Notes under the pieces: generated by a model | Told to the model about the DNA's origin: nothing | The model's input: only the letters and a program-made list of their open reading frames with translations | Databases searched by the model: none | Made by a program: the position numbers and the translations under genes | Origin: an uncultured Solirubrobacterales bacterium | GTDB taxonomy: Bacteria > Actinomycetota > Thermoleophilia > Solirubrobacterales > Solirubrobacteraceae | Assembly (NCBI GenBank): GCA_963730055.1 | Contig: CAVSQG010000010.1 | Span: forward strand, 42,042 to 106,041 | Length of the DNA stretch: 64,000 nt | Reading direction: 5' to 3' | In this document: positions 20,209 to 29,710 of the stretch, in pieces | Position numbering within the stretch: the first letter of the stretch is position 1 | Layout: each line of letters begins with the position of its first letter

Positions 20209-21390
20209 CCGCGCCGAGCACCGCGACGCACGACGCCACGCCCGGACCGCCGAGCGTGTGCGCCGCCCCGCGGCGGACGCCGGCGACCTGACGCTCGCCG
20301 GCGCGGCCGAGCACCTGGTCGGAGATCTCCTTGATCATCCGCACGCCGGTCGCCCCGACCGGGTGACCGCACGCCTGGAGGCCTCCGGACAGGTTCACCG
20401 GCATCTCACCGCCGGCCGTCGTCGCGCCCGAGCGCAGCATCGCCGCGCCCTCGCCGCGCTGCGCACAGGCCGAGGTCCTCGTAGTTGATCAGCTCGGTGA
20501 TCGTGAAGCAGTCGTGGCACTCGACCACGTCGAGTTGCTCGCGCGGCGCGGTGATCCCCGCCTGGCGGTACGCGTTCGCCGCCGCCTCACGCGTCACCCG
20601 GAAGCCGAGGTAGTCGCTGTCGTCGTGGAAGAAGCCCGCGTAGTAGCCGTCGACGACGGCCAGTGCTATCCCCTCGATCACCGCGTACGGGCGCCCCGTC
20701 TCGCGCGCCCGCTCGACCGACGTGAGCACGACCGCGGCGGCGCCGTCGGTGGTCGGCGTGCAGTCGAGCACGCCGAGCGGTTCCGCGACACGCGGCGCCT
20801 TCAGCACCGCCTCGACGGTCAGCGGGTCGCTGTACTGGGCGATCGGGTTGTGCGCGGCGTGCGCGTGGTTCTTGACCGCCACTCCGGCCAGGTCCTCGAC
20901 CGTGCAGTCGTACTCGTGCAGGTACCGGTTGGCCAGCAAGCGCGAACTGCCCGGGCGCGGTCCGGCCCTTCGCGAGCGTCGGATGGGTCAGGTTCGCGGT
21001 CCGCGCGACGAGGCTTCCCCGCGGCGGGACGTCGCGCATCTTCTCGGCTCCGACCGCGAGCACGAACTCGTACTCGCCCGCGGCGATCGCCATCGCGCCG
21101 GCGCGGACCGCCTCCATGCCCGTGCAGCAGAACGTCGACACGCGCGTGACCGGCCGCGGGGCGAAGTCGAGCGCCTCGGTCACCGCGGTGCCGGCGTCGC
21201 CGAGCAGGGCCGCGGTCAGCGGCTCGGCGGTGCCGAGCCACGCGGCTTCGAGGTCGTCCTGCTCGATCCCGGCGTCGGCGATCGCGCCGCGCGCGGCCTC
21301 CGCGAGCAGCTCGAGGTAGCCGCGGCCGTGGAGCACTCCGAACCGCGTCGCGGCCGACCCGATGATCGCCACCTGTCCGGCTATCGGCAC
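20183..21390 (-). CDS. SCP2-type thiolase/acyltransferase (frameshifts near 20940 and 20450)
   Basis: [41 protein letters not shown]. Confidence 0.88.
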
Positions 21391-22686
21391 GGCGACACCT
21401 TCCAGAAGTACTGGACGAGACCGCCGCCGGCGTGCAGCCGCCGCGGCACGAGCCGCACCTGCTGGCCGATCTCGACCTCCTCGCCGGCGGCCACCTGGCC
21501 GTAGAAGCGCGCGCCGTCGTCGAGCGCGACCACGGCCATCTGAAGCGTGTCCGCCCCCGGATAGACGTGGTCGCGCGTGCACGTCAGGACGCTTCCGGTG
21601 CGTGCGAGCGGCCGGCGCTCGCCTTCGATCCCGGCCGGCGGCGGGTACAGGACCTGCCCGTCGCGCACGACGCCCTCGAGCCGGAGGTCCTGGCCGCGCT
21701 CGCGCCAGGCCCGCGGACCGGAGACGTACGGGTCGAATCCGGCCTGCGCGGGCGGCAGCGGGATCGACGGAACTTCGCGGCCACCGGCCACCCGCTCCTC
21801 GATCGCGGCCGCAAGGCCGCCGGCCTCGTCGCCGGGTTCGACGAAGCACGCGTCTCCGAGCCCTCCCGAGGCGGCGACCAGCAGCGCCGGCCCGTGCAGG
21901 CTCAGCAGGAGCCGGAGCAGAGGATGCGCCGCGCCCAGCACGCCGATCCGAGCAGCGGCCGTATCGCCCGGACCTCCGAGCGCGCGCTCGACCCGCGCGG
22001 CCGATCGCGACGACGGCCCTGCGACGAGCACGTCGAACGACGGCGATGGCGATGGCGATGGCCCGCCGACCGTCGCCGGCTCAGGTACCCGCTCGCGGGC
22101 CGCATCGGCCACGATCCGGGCTATCCGCCCCGGGCCGAGCTCCTCGGTGAACGACGCGTCGGCCTCGCGCACGGTCGTCTCGCCGGCGAAGGCGCCAGCG
22201 GTCGCGAAGCTCCTCGCTGTGGCTCGGACCCGGCGTCAGCGTGGCCAGCCCGCCCCGATCGCCGACGAGCAGCGCGACCGCGCCGTCTCCGGCGTCGCGT
22301 TCGGCGGCGGACCGCCGCGAGTGCGCGGCGCACACGAGCACGGGTCCGCCGTCGGCCGCGACGAGCGCGTTCGCCAGCCGCAGAGCTGCCAGCCCGTCGC
22401 GGGGCGTCGCCGTCAGCTCGGCGCAGAACAGATCCTCGCCGAGGCCGGCGATTTCCGCGATCGCCTGGGCCGACCCGCCCTCGTCGTACGGAGGCGAGAC
22501 CGATGCGAACAGCAACGCGGCGGGCGCTGGCGGGGCGAGTGGGCGGTCATTCAAAAGCGCGAGCACCGCCTCAGCCGCGAGCGTCACGGCGTCGTGGTCG
22601 AAGTGGGCTGCACACCGCCGCCCCGCCCGGGTGGGCACACGATCGGCCGGCAACGCGACCGCGCCCGCGAGCAGGTGTGAGCTCAT
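21381..22686 (-). CDS. HMG-CoA-synthase-like domain fused to DUF35 OB-fold (frameshift near 22185)
   Basis: DAVTLAAEA, GDGAVALLVG, GDTAAA..GLGDA; C-terminal TGSVLTCTRD, VRLVPRRL..QYFWK. Confidence 0.78.
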
Positions 22687-22731
22687 GGCGTGACTTGAAA
22701 GTGAGGGGCCCGGTGTGCCAGACTGGCGGAT

Positions 22732-22751
22732 TCTACCAATCGGTTGGCAGA
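22732..22751. promoter_or_regulatory. operator for divergent units, including the tetR operon
   Basis: TCTACCAATCGGTTGGCAGA. Confidence 0.88.
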
Positions 22752-22760
22752 TATGGTCCA

Positions 22761-23564
22761 ATGACCGGAGAAACGCTCCTCAGAGTCACCAAGGAAGGCG
22801 CCGTAGCGGAGGTCATGATCGACAATCCGCCGGCCAACGCGCTCACGAACGAGCTCTACGAGCGCCTGCAGACGGTCGCCGACGAGCTCGAGCGCGACCG
22901 TTCGGTCCGAGCCCTGGTGTTCGTCAGCGCCCACCCGACGATCTTCGTGGCCGGCGCCGACATCGGCGCGATGGCCAACTACGACTTCCGCCGCGAGGCG
23001 ATCGAGCGGAAGGTCACGCTGGTCCACGAGACGTTCCTGCGCATCCAGCGGGTCGGCAAGCCGACGCTCGCGTCGATCGAAGGCCATGCGCTCGGGGGCG
23101 GCTGCGAGCTCGCGCTCAGCCTCGACATGCGCTTCATGGTCCGCGGCAAGGCGAGGATCGGGCTGCCCGAGGCCGGCCTCGGAATCGTTCCGGGCGGCGG
23201 CGGGACGCAGCGACTGCCCCGCCTCGTCGGCCGTGCGCGCGCCACGCAGATGATGATGCTCGGCGAACGACTCGACGCCGACGCGGCGGAGCGCTGCGGG
23301 CTCGTCAACGCGGCGTGCGACGACGCCGCGGCGACTCGCGCGGCCGCCCACGACATGGCCCGTCGGCTGGCCGAGATGCCGAGCTCGTCGCTCCGGCTGA
23401 TCAAAGGCTGCCTCAACGACGGCTACGACCACGACCTCGTGAACGGACTCGAGGTCGAGCGAGCCGCCGCGATCGAGGCGCTCCTCCAGCCCGAGGCTCG
23501 CGAGGGAATCGCGGCGTTTCTCGAGCGGCGTCCGGCCCGATTCCACGTTCCCGAGCCGGCATGA
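22761..23564 (+). CDS. enoyl-CoA hydratase/isomerase
   Basis: NPPANAL, FVAGADI, GGGCELAL, GLPE, PGGGGTQRLPRLVG. Confidence 0.93.
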   Translation: MTGETLLRVTKEGAVAEVMIDNPPANALTNELYERLQTVADELERDRSVRALVFVSAHPTIFVAGADIGAMANYDFRREAIERKVTLVHETFLRIQRVGKPTLASIEGHALGGGCELALSLDMRFMVRGKARIGLPEAGLGIVPGGGGTQRLPRLVGRARATQMMMLGERLDADAAERCGLVNAACDDAAATRAAAHDMARRLAEMPSSSLRLIKGCLNDGYDHDLVNGLEVERAAAIEALLQPEAREGIAAFLERRPARFHVPEPA

Positions 23565-24310
23565 TCGTCACGCTCGACGACGCACTCGGGCTCGTGCGCG
23601 ACGGCGACACGGTCGCGATCGGCGGCGCCGTGCTGTCGCGCAAGCCGATGGCGGCGGTTAGGGCGCTCGCCGCGTCCGGCCGGCGGGACCTCGAGCTCGT
23701 AACGTTCGCCGGCTCGCTCGAGGTCGAGACGCTGCTGGCGGCCGGGGCGCTCCGCGCGGTGCGCTCGTCGTACGTCGGCATGGGCTCGCACGGCCCCGCC
23801 CGCCGCTTTGCCGCCGCAGTCGCGAGGGACGAGGTCGAGGATCTCGAGGAGTCCGAGTGGATGCTGCTCGGCCGCCTGCGCGCCGCCGCGGCCGGGATGC
23901 CGTTCATCGTCACGCGCGCAGGGATGGGCTCGGACCTCGTGGCGGCACGTGGGCTGCGCGAGGTTTCCGATCCGTACAGTCAAGAACGCCTGCTGGCGAT
24001 CCCGGCCCTGCATCCAGACGTCGCGATCGTGCACGCTTGGAGGTCCGACCGACATGGCAACATTCAGATGTCCTGGCCACCCGATCATCTCGCCGACGTC
24101 GACTTGTTGATGGCGCGAGCCGCACGACGCGTGATGGTGACGGTGGAGCAGGTCGTGGAGCCCGACGCGGTGATCGCTAGCGCCCGAGACACGGTGCTGT
24201 ATCCGTTCGAAGTGGACGCGGTCGTGGTTGCCGAGCGTGGCGCCAATCCGGCGGCAATGCCGCCCTTCTACGAGGTCGACGCCGCAGCGCTCGCCGAGGA
24301 GCAAACGTGA
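23561..24310 (+). CDS. CoA-transferase alpha subunit, IpdA-like, no adjacent beta gene
   Basis: DGDTVAIGG..RKPMA, EESEW, AGMGSDL, PDVAIVHA..DRHGN. Confidence 0.85.
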   Translation: MIVTLDDALGLVRDGDTVAIGGAVLSRKPMAAVRALAASGRRDLELVTFAGSLEVETLLAAGALRAVRSSYVGMGSHGPARRFAAAVARDEVEDLEESEWMLLGRLRAAAAGMPFIVTRAGMGSDLVAARGLREVSDPYSQERLLAIPALHPDVAIVHAWRSDRHGNIQMSWPPDHLADVDLLMARAARRVMVTVEQVVEPDAVIASARDTVLYPFEVDAVVVAERGANPAAMPPFYEVDAAALAEEQT

Positions 24311-24996
24311 GCCCAGCCAACAAGACGAGGACCAGGGCGCCGGCCGCCCAGAGACGCAGCGACAGAGCCGGCCTCAAGAAACGACAGCGCGAGATCATCG
24401 ACACCGCCGCGGAGATCTTCTACCGCAAGGGCTACTCCGAGACATCCGTCCAGGACGTGGCCGATGCCGTGGGGATCCTGAAGGGGAGCCTCTACTACTA
24501 CATCGACTCCAAGGAGGATCTTCTCTACCAGATGCTCCTCGAGGTGCACGAGGACGCAAAATCCGTGGTCACCGAGACGGCCGCGCTCGACATCCCGCCG
24601 CTCGACCGCCTACGCGTCTACATCCAGCGCCACGTCGAGTACAACGCGCGCAATCTCGCCAAGATCGCGGTCTACTACCACGACTTCGGCCTGCTCACGC
24701 CGGAGCGGCGCAAGGCGATCGTCGGTCAGCGCGGCTTCTACGAGAACTTCGTCAAGAGCCTGATCAACGAGGCCCAGCAGCGCGGCGAGGTCGAGCAGAC
24801 GGTCGACGCGACGCTGATCAGCAACGCGGTATTGGGCATCGCCAACTGGCTCTACACGTGGTACAAGCCCGACGGCTCCGCGAGCCCGGAGTACCTCGGC
24901 AAGCTCTATGCAGAGGTGATCGTCGAGGGCGTCACCGGGAACAACATGCCCAAGCCGCCGGACGGCTCGCCGCCGAAGCGAAGCCGCCGGAGCTGA
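24307..24996 (+). CDS. TetR family repressor, KstR2-like
   Basis: HTH SVQDVADAVGILKGSLYYYIDSKEDLL; C-terminal NWLYTWYKPDG. Confidence 0.9.
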   Translation: MSPANKTRTRAPAAQRRSDRAGLKKRQREIIDTAAEIFYRKGYSETSVQDVADAVGILKGSLYYYIDSKEDLLYQMLLEVHEDAKSVVTETAALDIPPLDRLRVYIQRHVEYNARNLAKIAVYYHDFGLLTPERRKAIVGQRGFYENFVKSLINEAQQRGEVEQTVDATLISNAVLGIANWLYTWYKPDGSASPEYLGKLYAEVIVEGVTGNNMPKPPDGSPPKRSRRS

Positions 24997-25041
24997 GCCC
25001 GGCTCATGCGGTCCTGGCGCTGCCCGGGAGGCCCTTGACTT

Positions 25042-25061
25042 TCGACCGAACGTTTGGTTGA
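25042..25061. promoter_or_regulatory. operator
   Basis: TCGACCGAACGTTTGGTTGA. Confidence 0.82.
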
Positions 25062-25176
25062 CTTATCCGACCGCGATGACGGTCGAGCGAAACATCGAAC
25101 GGAGCGCTCCCGGGTCCCAGGAGCAGGTGATAAGTCACCGGTACTCGCTATCCGCGCGCCGTCGAGATCCGCCGAT

Positions 25177-26289
25177 GCGGGAGCCCGGACCGCCGGTTCG
25201 GAGCCGAGGCGGCGACGGGCGCGATAACGCCGGCGCAACCGCAAGCGGCGGATCGCTCGCCGCAGCTGGCCCGGACAGGGCTCTGACCCAGTCACGTTGG
25301 ACAGTCCGCCGCGCGACCGACGCGCGCGCGTACGAACTGGCCGACGGGTTGTGGTGTCTACGCCTCCCGCTGCGCTTCGTCGCCCCGCGCGCGGTGAACG
25401 CCTACCTGATCCCGCTCGCCGACGGGGACTGCCTGGTCGACTGCGGGACGAGCCTCGAGCCGGGATGGAGCGCGCTCGAGTACGCGCTCGACCTGGCGGG
25501 AACGGCACCGGAGCGGCTGTCGCTGCTCGTATGCACCCATCTCCATGCCGACCACGCCGGCCTGGCTGCCGAGGTCATCGCTCGAACCGGCTGCGAGTTC
25601 GCGCGCGGCGCCGGGCCCGAGACATCCGATCACCGCCTGCGCGATCCGCACGTGCCGCTCGCCGAGCGGCGCCGGCTCGGTCTGCGCGAAGGCATCCCCG
25701 AGGCCGAGCTCGACGAGTGGGTGGAGCCGGAACCCGAGGACGACCTCGACTATCCGCACCTCGTCCCGGACCGAGTGCTCGAGGCCGGCGATGAGATCGA
25801 CAGCCGCGTGGGCAGCTTGACCGTGGTGCCGGCGCCCGGCCATTCGCCCACGCAGATCGTGCTCCACAACCGCGATCGCCGATGGCTGATCATGGCCGAC
25901 CTCGCCTACGACGTCGGCGAGCCGTTCTTCGAGTACGGTGCCACTCCGGATCCGTACGCCGAGCACCTCGCGTCGATCGACCGGGCGCTCGAGCTCGACG
26001 CTGCCTCGGGTTTCCCGGTCATGGACGGGTGGTCGAATCGCCCCGACACCGCCTCCGCATGGCCCGCGCGGCGGCGAAGTCCAGCCGTGCGCGGATTCTC
26101 GACGCGCTATCGGACCGACCGAGGACCGCCTATGAGCTCGCGTTGCAGCTGCTGGGCCCGCGCGACGATCCCGGCGAGCGGCAGTCGATGATCTCGGTCG
26201 TGCTGTGTCTCGGCGAGCACCTCGAGGCACACGGCCTGGCCCGGTCCGAGATCGGCTCCGACGCAGTCAGGCGCTTCCGCCGCGACTAA
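25177..26289 (+). CDS. MBL-fold metallo-hydrolase, paralogue of 6632-7684 (start uncertain, frameshift near 26005)
   Basis: VNAYLI, LVDCG, THLHADH, PGHS, FEYGATPDPY, PGHG. Confidence 0.82.
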
Positions 26290-26304
26290 CCGGCTGCATC
26301 ATAT

Positions 26305-26324
26305 ACCACCGGTCGTTTGGTTGA
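26305..26324. promoter_or_regulatory. degenerate operator
   Basis: ACCACCGGTCGTTTGGTTGA. Confidence 0.65.
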
Positions 26325-26359
26325 ATTTGTGCCTCGCCACCAGTAGGGTGAGCCCGGCC

Positions 26360-28339
26360 GTGAACGATCGCTATCCGCTCTGCTCATCTCCGATCCGCGT
26401 CGGCGGCGTCGAATTCCGCAACCGGATCACGCGAACCGCACACGGCACGGGATACGCCGTCCACGGCAAGGTGACCGAGCGCCTCATCGCCTACCACGAA
26501 GCGAGGGCGCGCGACGGCGGCGTCGGATCGCTGTTCCTCGAGACCTGCGGCGTCCATTGGACCTCCCGCGGCCCGCTGTGGGCGCTCGATGACGGGATCA
26601 TCGACGGCTGGTCGGAGATCGCCGAGCGACTCCATCGGCACGACACGAAGGTGCTGGCACAACTCTGGCACGGTGGCGCCCAGGCGCCTCCGCCGGACGG
26701 AAGCGCCGCGTGGGCTGCCTCGGCCATCGCCGAGCCGATCAACGGCCGGGTCTCGCAGGCGATGACGAAATCGATGATCGACGAGATCGTCTCGTGCTTC
26801 GGGGATGCGGCGCGTCGCGCCGAGCAGGCGGGGCTCGACGGCGTCGAGATCCACGGCGCGCACACCTACCTCGTCTGCTCGTTCCTGTCTCCGCTGACGA
26901 ACCTGCGAACCGACGAATATGGCGGCGCGCTCGAGAACCGGATCCGGTTTGCGCGTGAGGTCCTGTCCGCGGTCAGGGAAGCGACCGGGCCCGATTTCGT
27001 GCTCGGAATCCGATTGTCGGCAACCGAGGGCGTCGAGGGCGGGATCGAGCCCGACGAGGCCGCCCGGATTCGCCAGATGCTCGAGGACGAAGGGTTGATC
27101 GACTACGTCAACGTCTCGATGGGTGGCTACTTCGCGTTCGCGCAGATGATCGGGGCGATGCACGAGCCGCACTGCTACGAGATCGCGACCAGCGAGCAGG
27201 TGACCCGCTCGAGGCGCGTGCCGGCGATCGTCACCGGCCGTGTCCTCTCGCTCTCCGACGCCGAAGGCGTCCTGGCGAGCGGCGCGGCCGACATCGTGTC
27301 GATGGTGCGAGCGCTGATCGCCGATCCGGGCCTCGTCCGCAAGAGCTTCGCGGGCCGGGAACAGGATGTGCGGCCGTGCATCGGCTGCAACGAGGCGTGC
27401 GTGGGACGCCGGTTCGCGGTCGGCGCCGCGCTTGGCGAGACCGCCTGCACGGTCAATCCCGAGGCGGGTTTCGAGTATCAGCACGAACCGCTTGAGCGCG
27501 TCGCCGAGCCGCGCGACGTACTGGTCGTGGGCTGTGGACCGGCCGGACTCGAAGCGGCCCGAACCGCCGCCCTGCGCGGTCATCGAGTCTCGATTCACGA
27601 CCAGGCCGACCGTCCCGGAGGGATGGTGACGATCCAGCGGGCTGCGCCCTACCGCCACGACATCGGTCTGATCTGCGACTGGCTGTGGGACGAGCTCGAG
27701 CGTCTCGGCGTCGAGCGCCGGCTCGGCTCGCGGGTCGACGCCGAGCTGGTCGGGCGCCTTCGCCCCGACAGCGTGATCGTCGCGACGGGGTCGCTTCCAC
27801 GCCAGGATGGCGTTCAGCGCATGCGGCCGGCCCACCGAGTCGACGGACTCGACCTGCCGCACGTGGTCACGCCGCTGCAGGTGCTCGACGCCAGCGCGGG
27901 AGTCCCGAAGCGCGCACTCGTGTTCGACGACCTCGGCAACTACCAAGCGGTCGGATCGGCCGAATGGTTGCTCGAGCACGGCGCCGAGGTCGTCTACTGC
28001 ACCAGCTTCGTGGACCTCTGCCCGGATCTGTTCCGCTCGTTCCAGCGCGACGTGGTGGCCGCGCGACTCGAACGCTACGAGACGTTCCGGCTTGCCACTA
28101 GGTCCTCAGTTCAGCGGATCACGTCCTCGACCACCGTGATCAGGAGCATCGACAGCGGGCGCGAGGAGGCGGTCGACGCCGACCTGGTCGTGATGGTCAC
28201 CGGATTCGATCCGCAGGCCGAGCTGTTCGACGAGCTCGAGCGGATCGGCGTCGACGCCAGGATTGCCGGTGACGCGATCGCGCCGCTCCTGATGCCGCAC
28301 GCGATCCGCACGGGCCGCGCCGCCGGCGCCGCGGTGTAA
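26360..28339 (+). CDS. NADH:flavin oxidoreductase (Old Yellow Enzyme family with Fe-S and FAD domains)
   Basis: QLWHGG, GVEIHGAHTYL, NLRTDEYGG, CIGCNEAC..C, GCGPAG. Confidence 0.92.
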   Translation: MNDRYPLCSSPIRVGGVEFRNRITRTAHGTGYAVHGKVTERLIAYHEARARDGGVGSLFLETCGVHWTSRGPLWALDDGIIDGWSEIAERLHRHDTKVLAQLWHGGAQAPPPDGSAAWAASAIAEPINGRVSQAMTKSMIDEIVSCFGDAARRAEQAGLDGVEIHGAHTYLVCSFLSPLTNLRTDEYGGALENRIRFAREVLSAVREATGPDFVLGIRLSATEGVEGGIEPDEAARIRQMLEDEGLIDYVNVSMGGYFAFAQMIGAMHEPHCYEIATSEQVTRSRRVPAIVTGRVLSLSDAEGVLASGAADIVSMVRALIADPGLVRKSFAGREQDVRPCIGCNEACVGRRFAVGAALGETACTVNPEAGFEYQHEPLERVAEPRDVLVVGCGPAGLEAARTAALRGHRVSIHDQADRPGGMVTIQRAAPYRHDIGLICDWLWDELERLGVERRLGSRVDAELVGRLRPDSVIVATGSLPRQDGVQRMRPAHRVDGLDLPHVVTPLQVLDASAGVPKRALVFDDLGNYQAVGSAEWLLEHGAEVVYCTSFVDLCPDLFRSFQRDVVAARLERYETFRLATRSSVQRITSSTTVIRSIDSGREEAVDADLVVMVTGFDPQAELFDELERIGVDARIAGDAIAPLLMPHAIRTGRAAGAAV

Positions 28340-28345
28340 GGCGGC

Positions 28346-29590
28346 TCAGGCCGCCCGGAGCGTGACCGGGAGGCGCATCGGAGAGTTGAGCATGAAGCCC
28401 TCGGCCTCCGGCAGCGCGCCGTCCGGTTCGATCACGGCGACGCGGTCGGCCAACTCGCGGATTCCGTGAACCATCTCCACTCCGGCGAGCCGGGAGCCCG
28501 CGCAATGGTGCCGGCCCGCGCCAAACGGGAGGATCTTCCCGCCGGCGACGAACTGCCGCTCGGCGTTTGCGAGCCAGCGCTCCGGATCGAACTCCTGACT
28601 GCGGTCGAAATGCCCCTCGTCGCGGTTGGCGGATACGAGCGAGACCATCAGCCGCTCGCCCGGTTGGATCGTCACCCCGTGGAAGCTGACTTCGGTCGCG
28701 ACGCCGCGCGTCAGCCCATGTACGGGCGGGAAGTAGCGGAGCGCCTCGGCCGACAAGCTCTGCAGGAAGTTGCGGTCTTCGCGACGCTCGCGCAGCGCCT
28801 CCCACTGGTCGGGGTGAAGCGCCATGTGACGGAACAGGCTCGCGAGCACGCGCTCGGTGGTCTCCACGCCCGCGGTGAGGAGAAACGCCACGGTCGCGAC
28901 GATCTCCTCGAACGGGAACGGCTCGCCGTCGTACTGCGCCATGGCCAGATCGGAGACCAGATCGCTGCCGGGATTGCGCCGGCGCTCCTCGACGATCGGC
29001 TCGAGCAGCTCGCGTAGCTGCGACAGCGCCTCGAACGCCGCCTCGCGCAGATCGGGGCGGGCGATCGAGGTCACGCCGCCTTGGGCGATCGCGTGGTACC
29101 AGTTCCGAAACGCCTGGCCCTCGTGGATGTCGAGCACCTCGGTGATCACCAGCAGCGGCATCCACATCGTGTAGCTCTGCTTGAGGTCGAGCGCCTCGTC
29201 CATCGGCAGCCGGTCGGCGACGGTCACGGTCACGCCGTGGACCATCTCGTCGAGCCCTTCCTTGAACGACCGCGGGCTGCGGATCCGCTTGACCACCGGA
29301 CCCGACTTCTTGTTGTGCTCGCGCCCGCGCCACTGCAACAGCGAGCGGCCGTAGACCGGAGCACCGCGCCCCTCGGTCAGGTGATGGAAGGTCTCCTCGT
29401 CCTCGAGGACCTGCCGGACGTCGTCGTAGCGAGTCAGGACCCAGGCTTGCAGCGGCTCGCTGAAGAAGATCGGATGCTGCTCGCGCAGGCGGGTGTAGAC
29501 GACGTGGCGGTCGATGTTCGCATCGCCTGCCACGACCGCATCGAACTGCTCCGTCGGATCGAGCGCGACCACGGTCACCGCGGGGAACAT
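28346..29590 (-). CDS. cytochrome P450 (CYP159/CYP134-like)
   Basis: AGVETT, EALR, SANRD, FGAGRHHCAG; start ATG 29590 or GTG 29578. Confidence 0.93.
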   Translation of the reverse strand: MFPAVTVVALDPTEQFDAVVAGDANIDRHVVYTRLREQHPIFFSEPLQAWVLTRYDDVRQVLEDEETFHHLTEGRGAPVYGRSLLQWRGREHNKKSGPVVKRIRSPRSFKEGLDEMVHGVTVTVADRLPMDEALDLKQSYTMWMPLLVITEVLDIHEGQAFRNWYHAIAQGGVTSIARPDLREAAFEALSQLRELLEPIVEERRRNPGSDLVSDLAMAQYDGEPFPFEEIVATVAFLLTAGVETTERVLASLFRHMALHPDQWEALRERREDRNFLQSLSAEALRYFPPVHGLTRGVATEVSFHGVTIQPGERLMVSLVSANRDEGHFDRSQEFDPERWLANAERQFVAGGKILPFGAGRHHCAGSRLAGVEMVHGIRELADRVAVIEPDGALPEAEGFMLNSPMRLPVTLRAA

Positions 29591-29592
29591 TA

Positions 29593-29612
29593 TCAATCAA
29601 ACGGTTGGTTCG
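29593..29612. promoter_or_regulatory. operator
   Basis: TCAATCAAACGGTTGGTTCG immediately upstream of the P450. Confidence 0.65.
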
Positions 29613-29643
29613 TCAAGCCGAACCCCGGACCGCCGATTTGTTG

Positions 29644-29663
29644 CCAAACCACCGTATGTTTGA
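29644..29663. promoter_or_regulatory. weak operator-like site
   Basis: CCAAACCACCGTATGTTTGA. Confidence 0.4.
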
Positions 29664-29710
29664 ACTATTGTGTGTAGCGCGTGTCAGCTGCGCTCATTCA
29701 CTAAGTGCCC

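Noticed and set aside
22042-22062. GGCGAT microsatellite as a phase-variation site
   Set aside because: In-frame 6-bp unit encoding a short PSPSPS linker
21381-22686. Mevalonate-pathway HMG-CoA synthase
   Set aside because: Catalytic Cys absent and no other mevalonate genes
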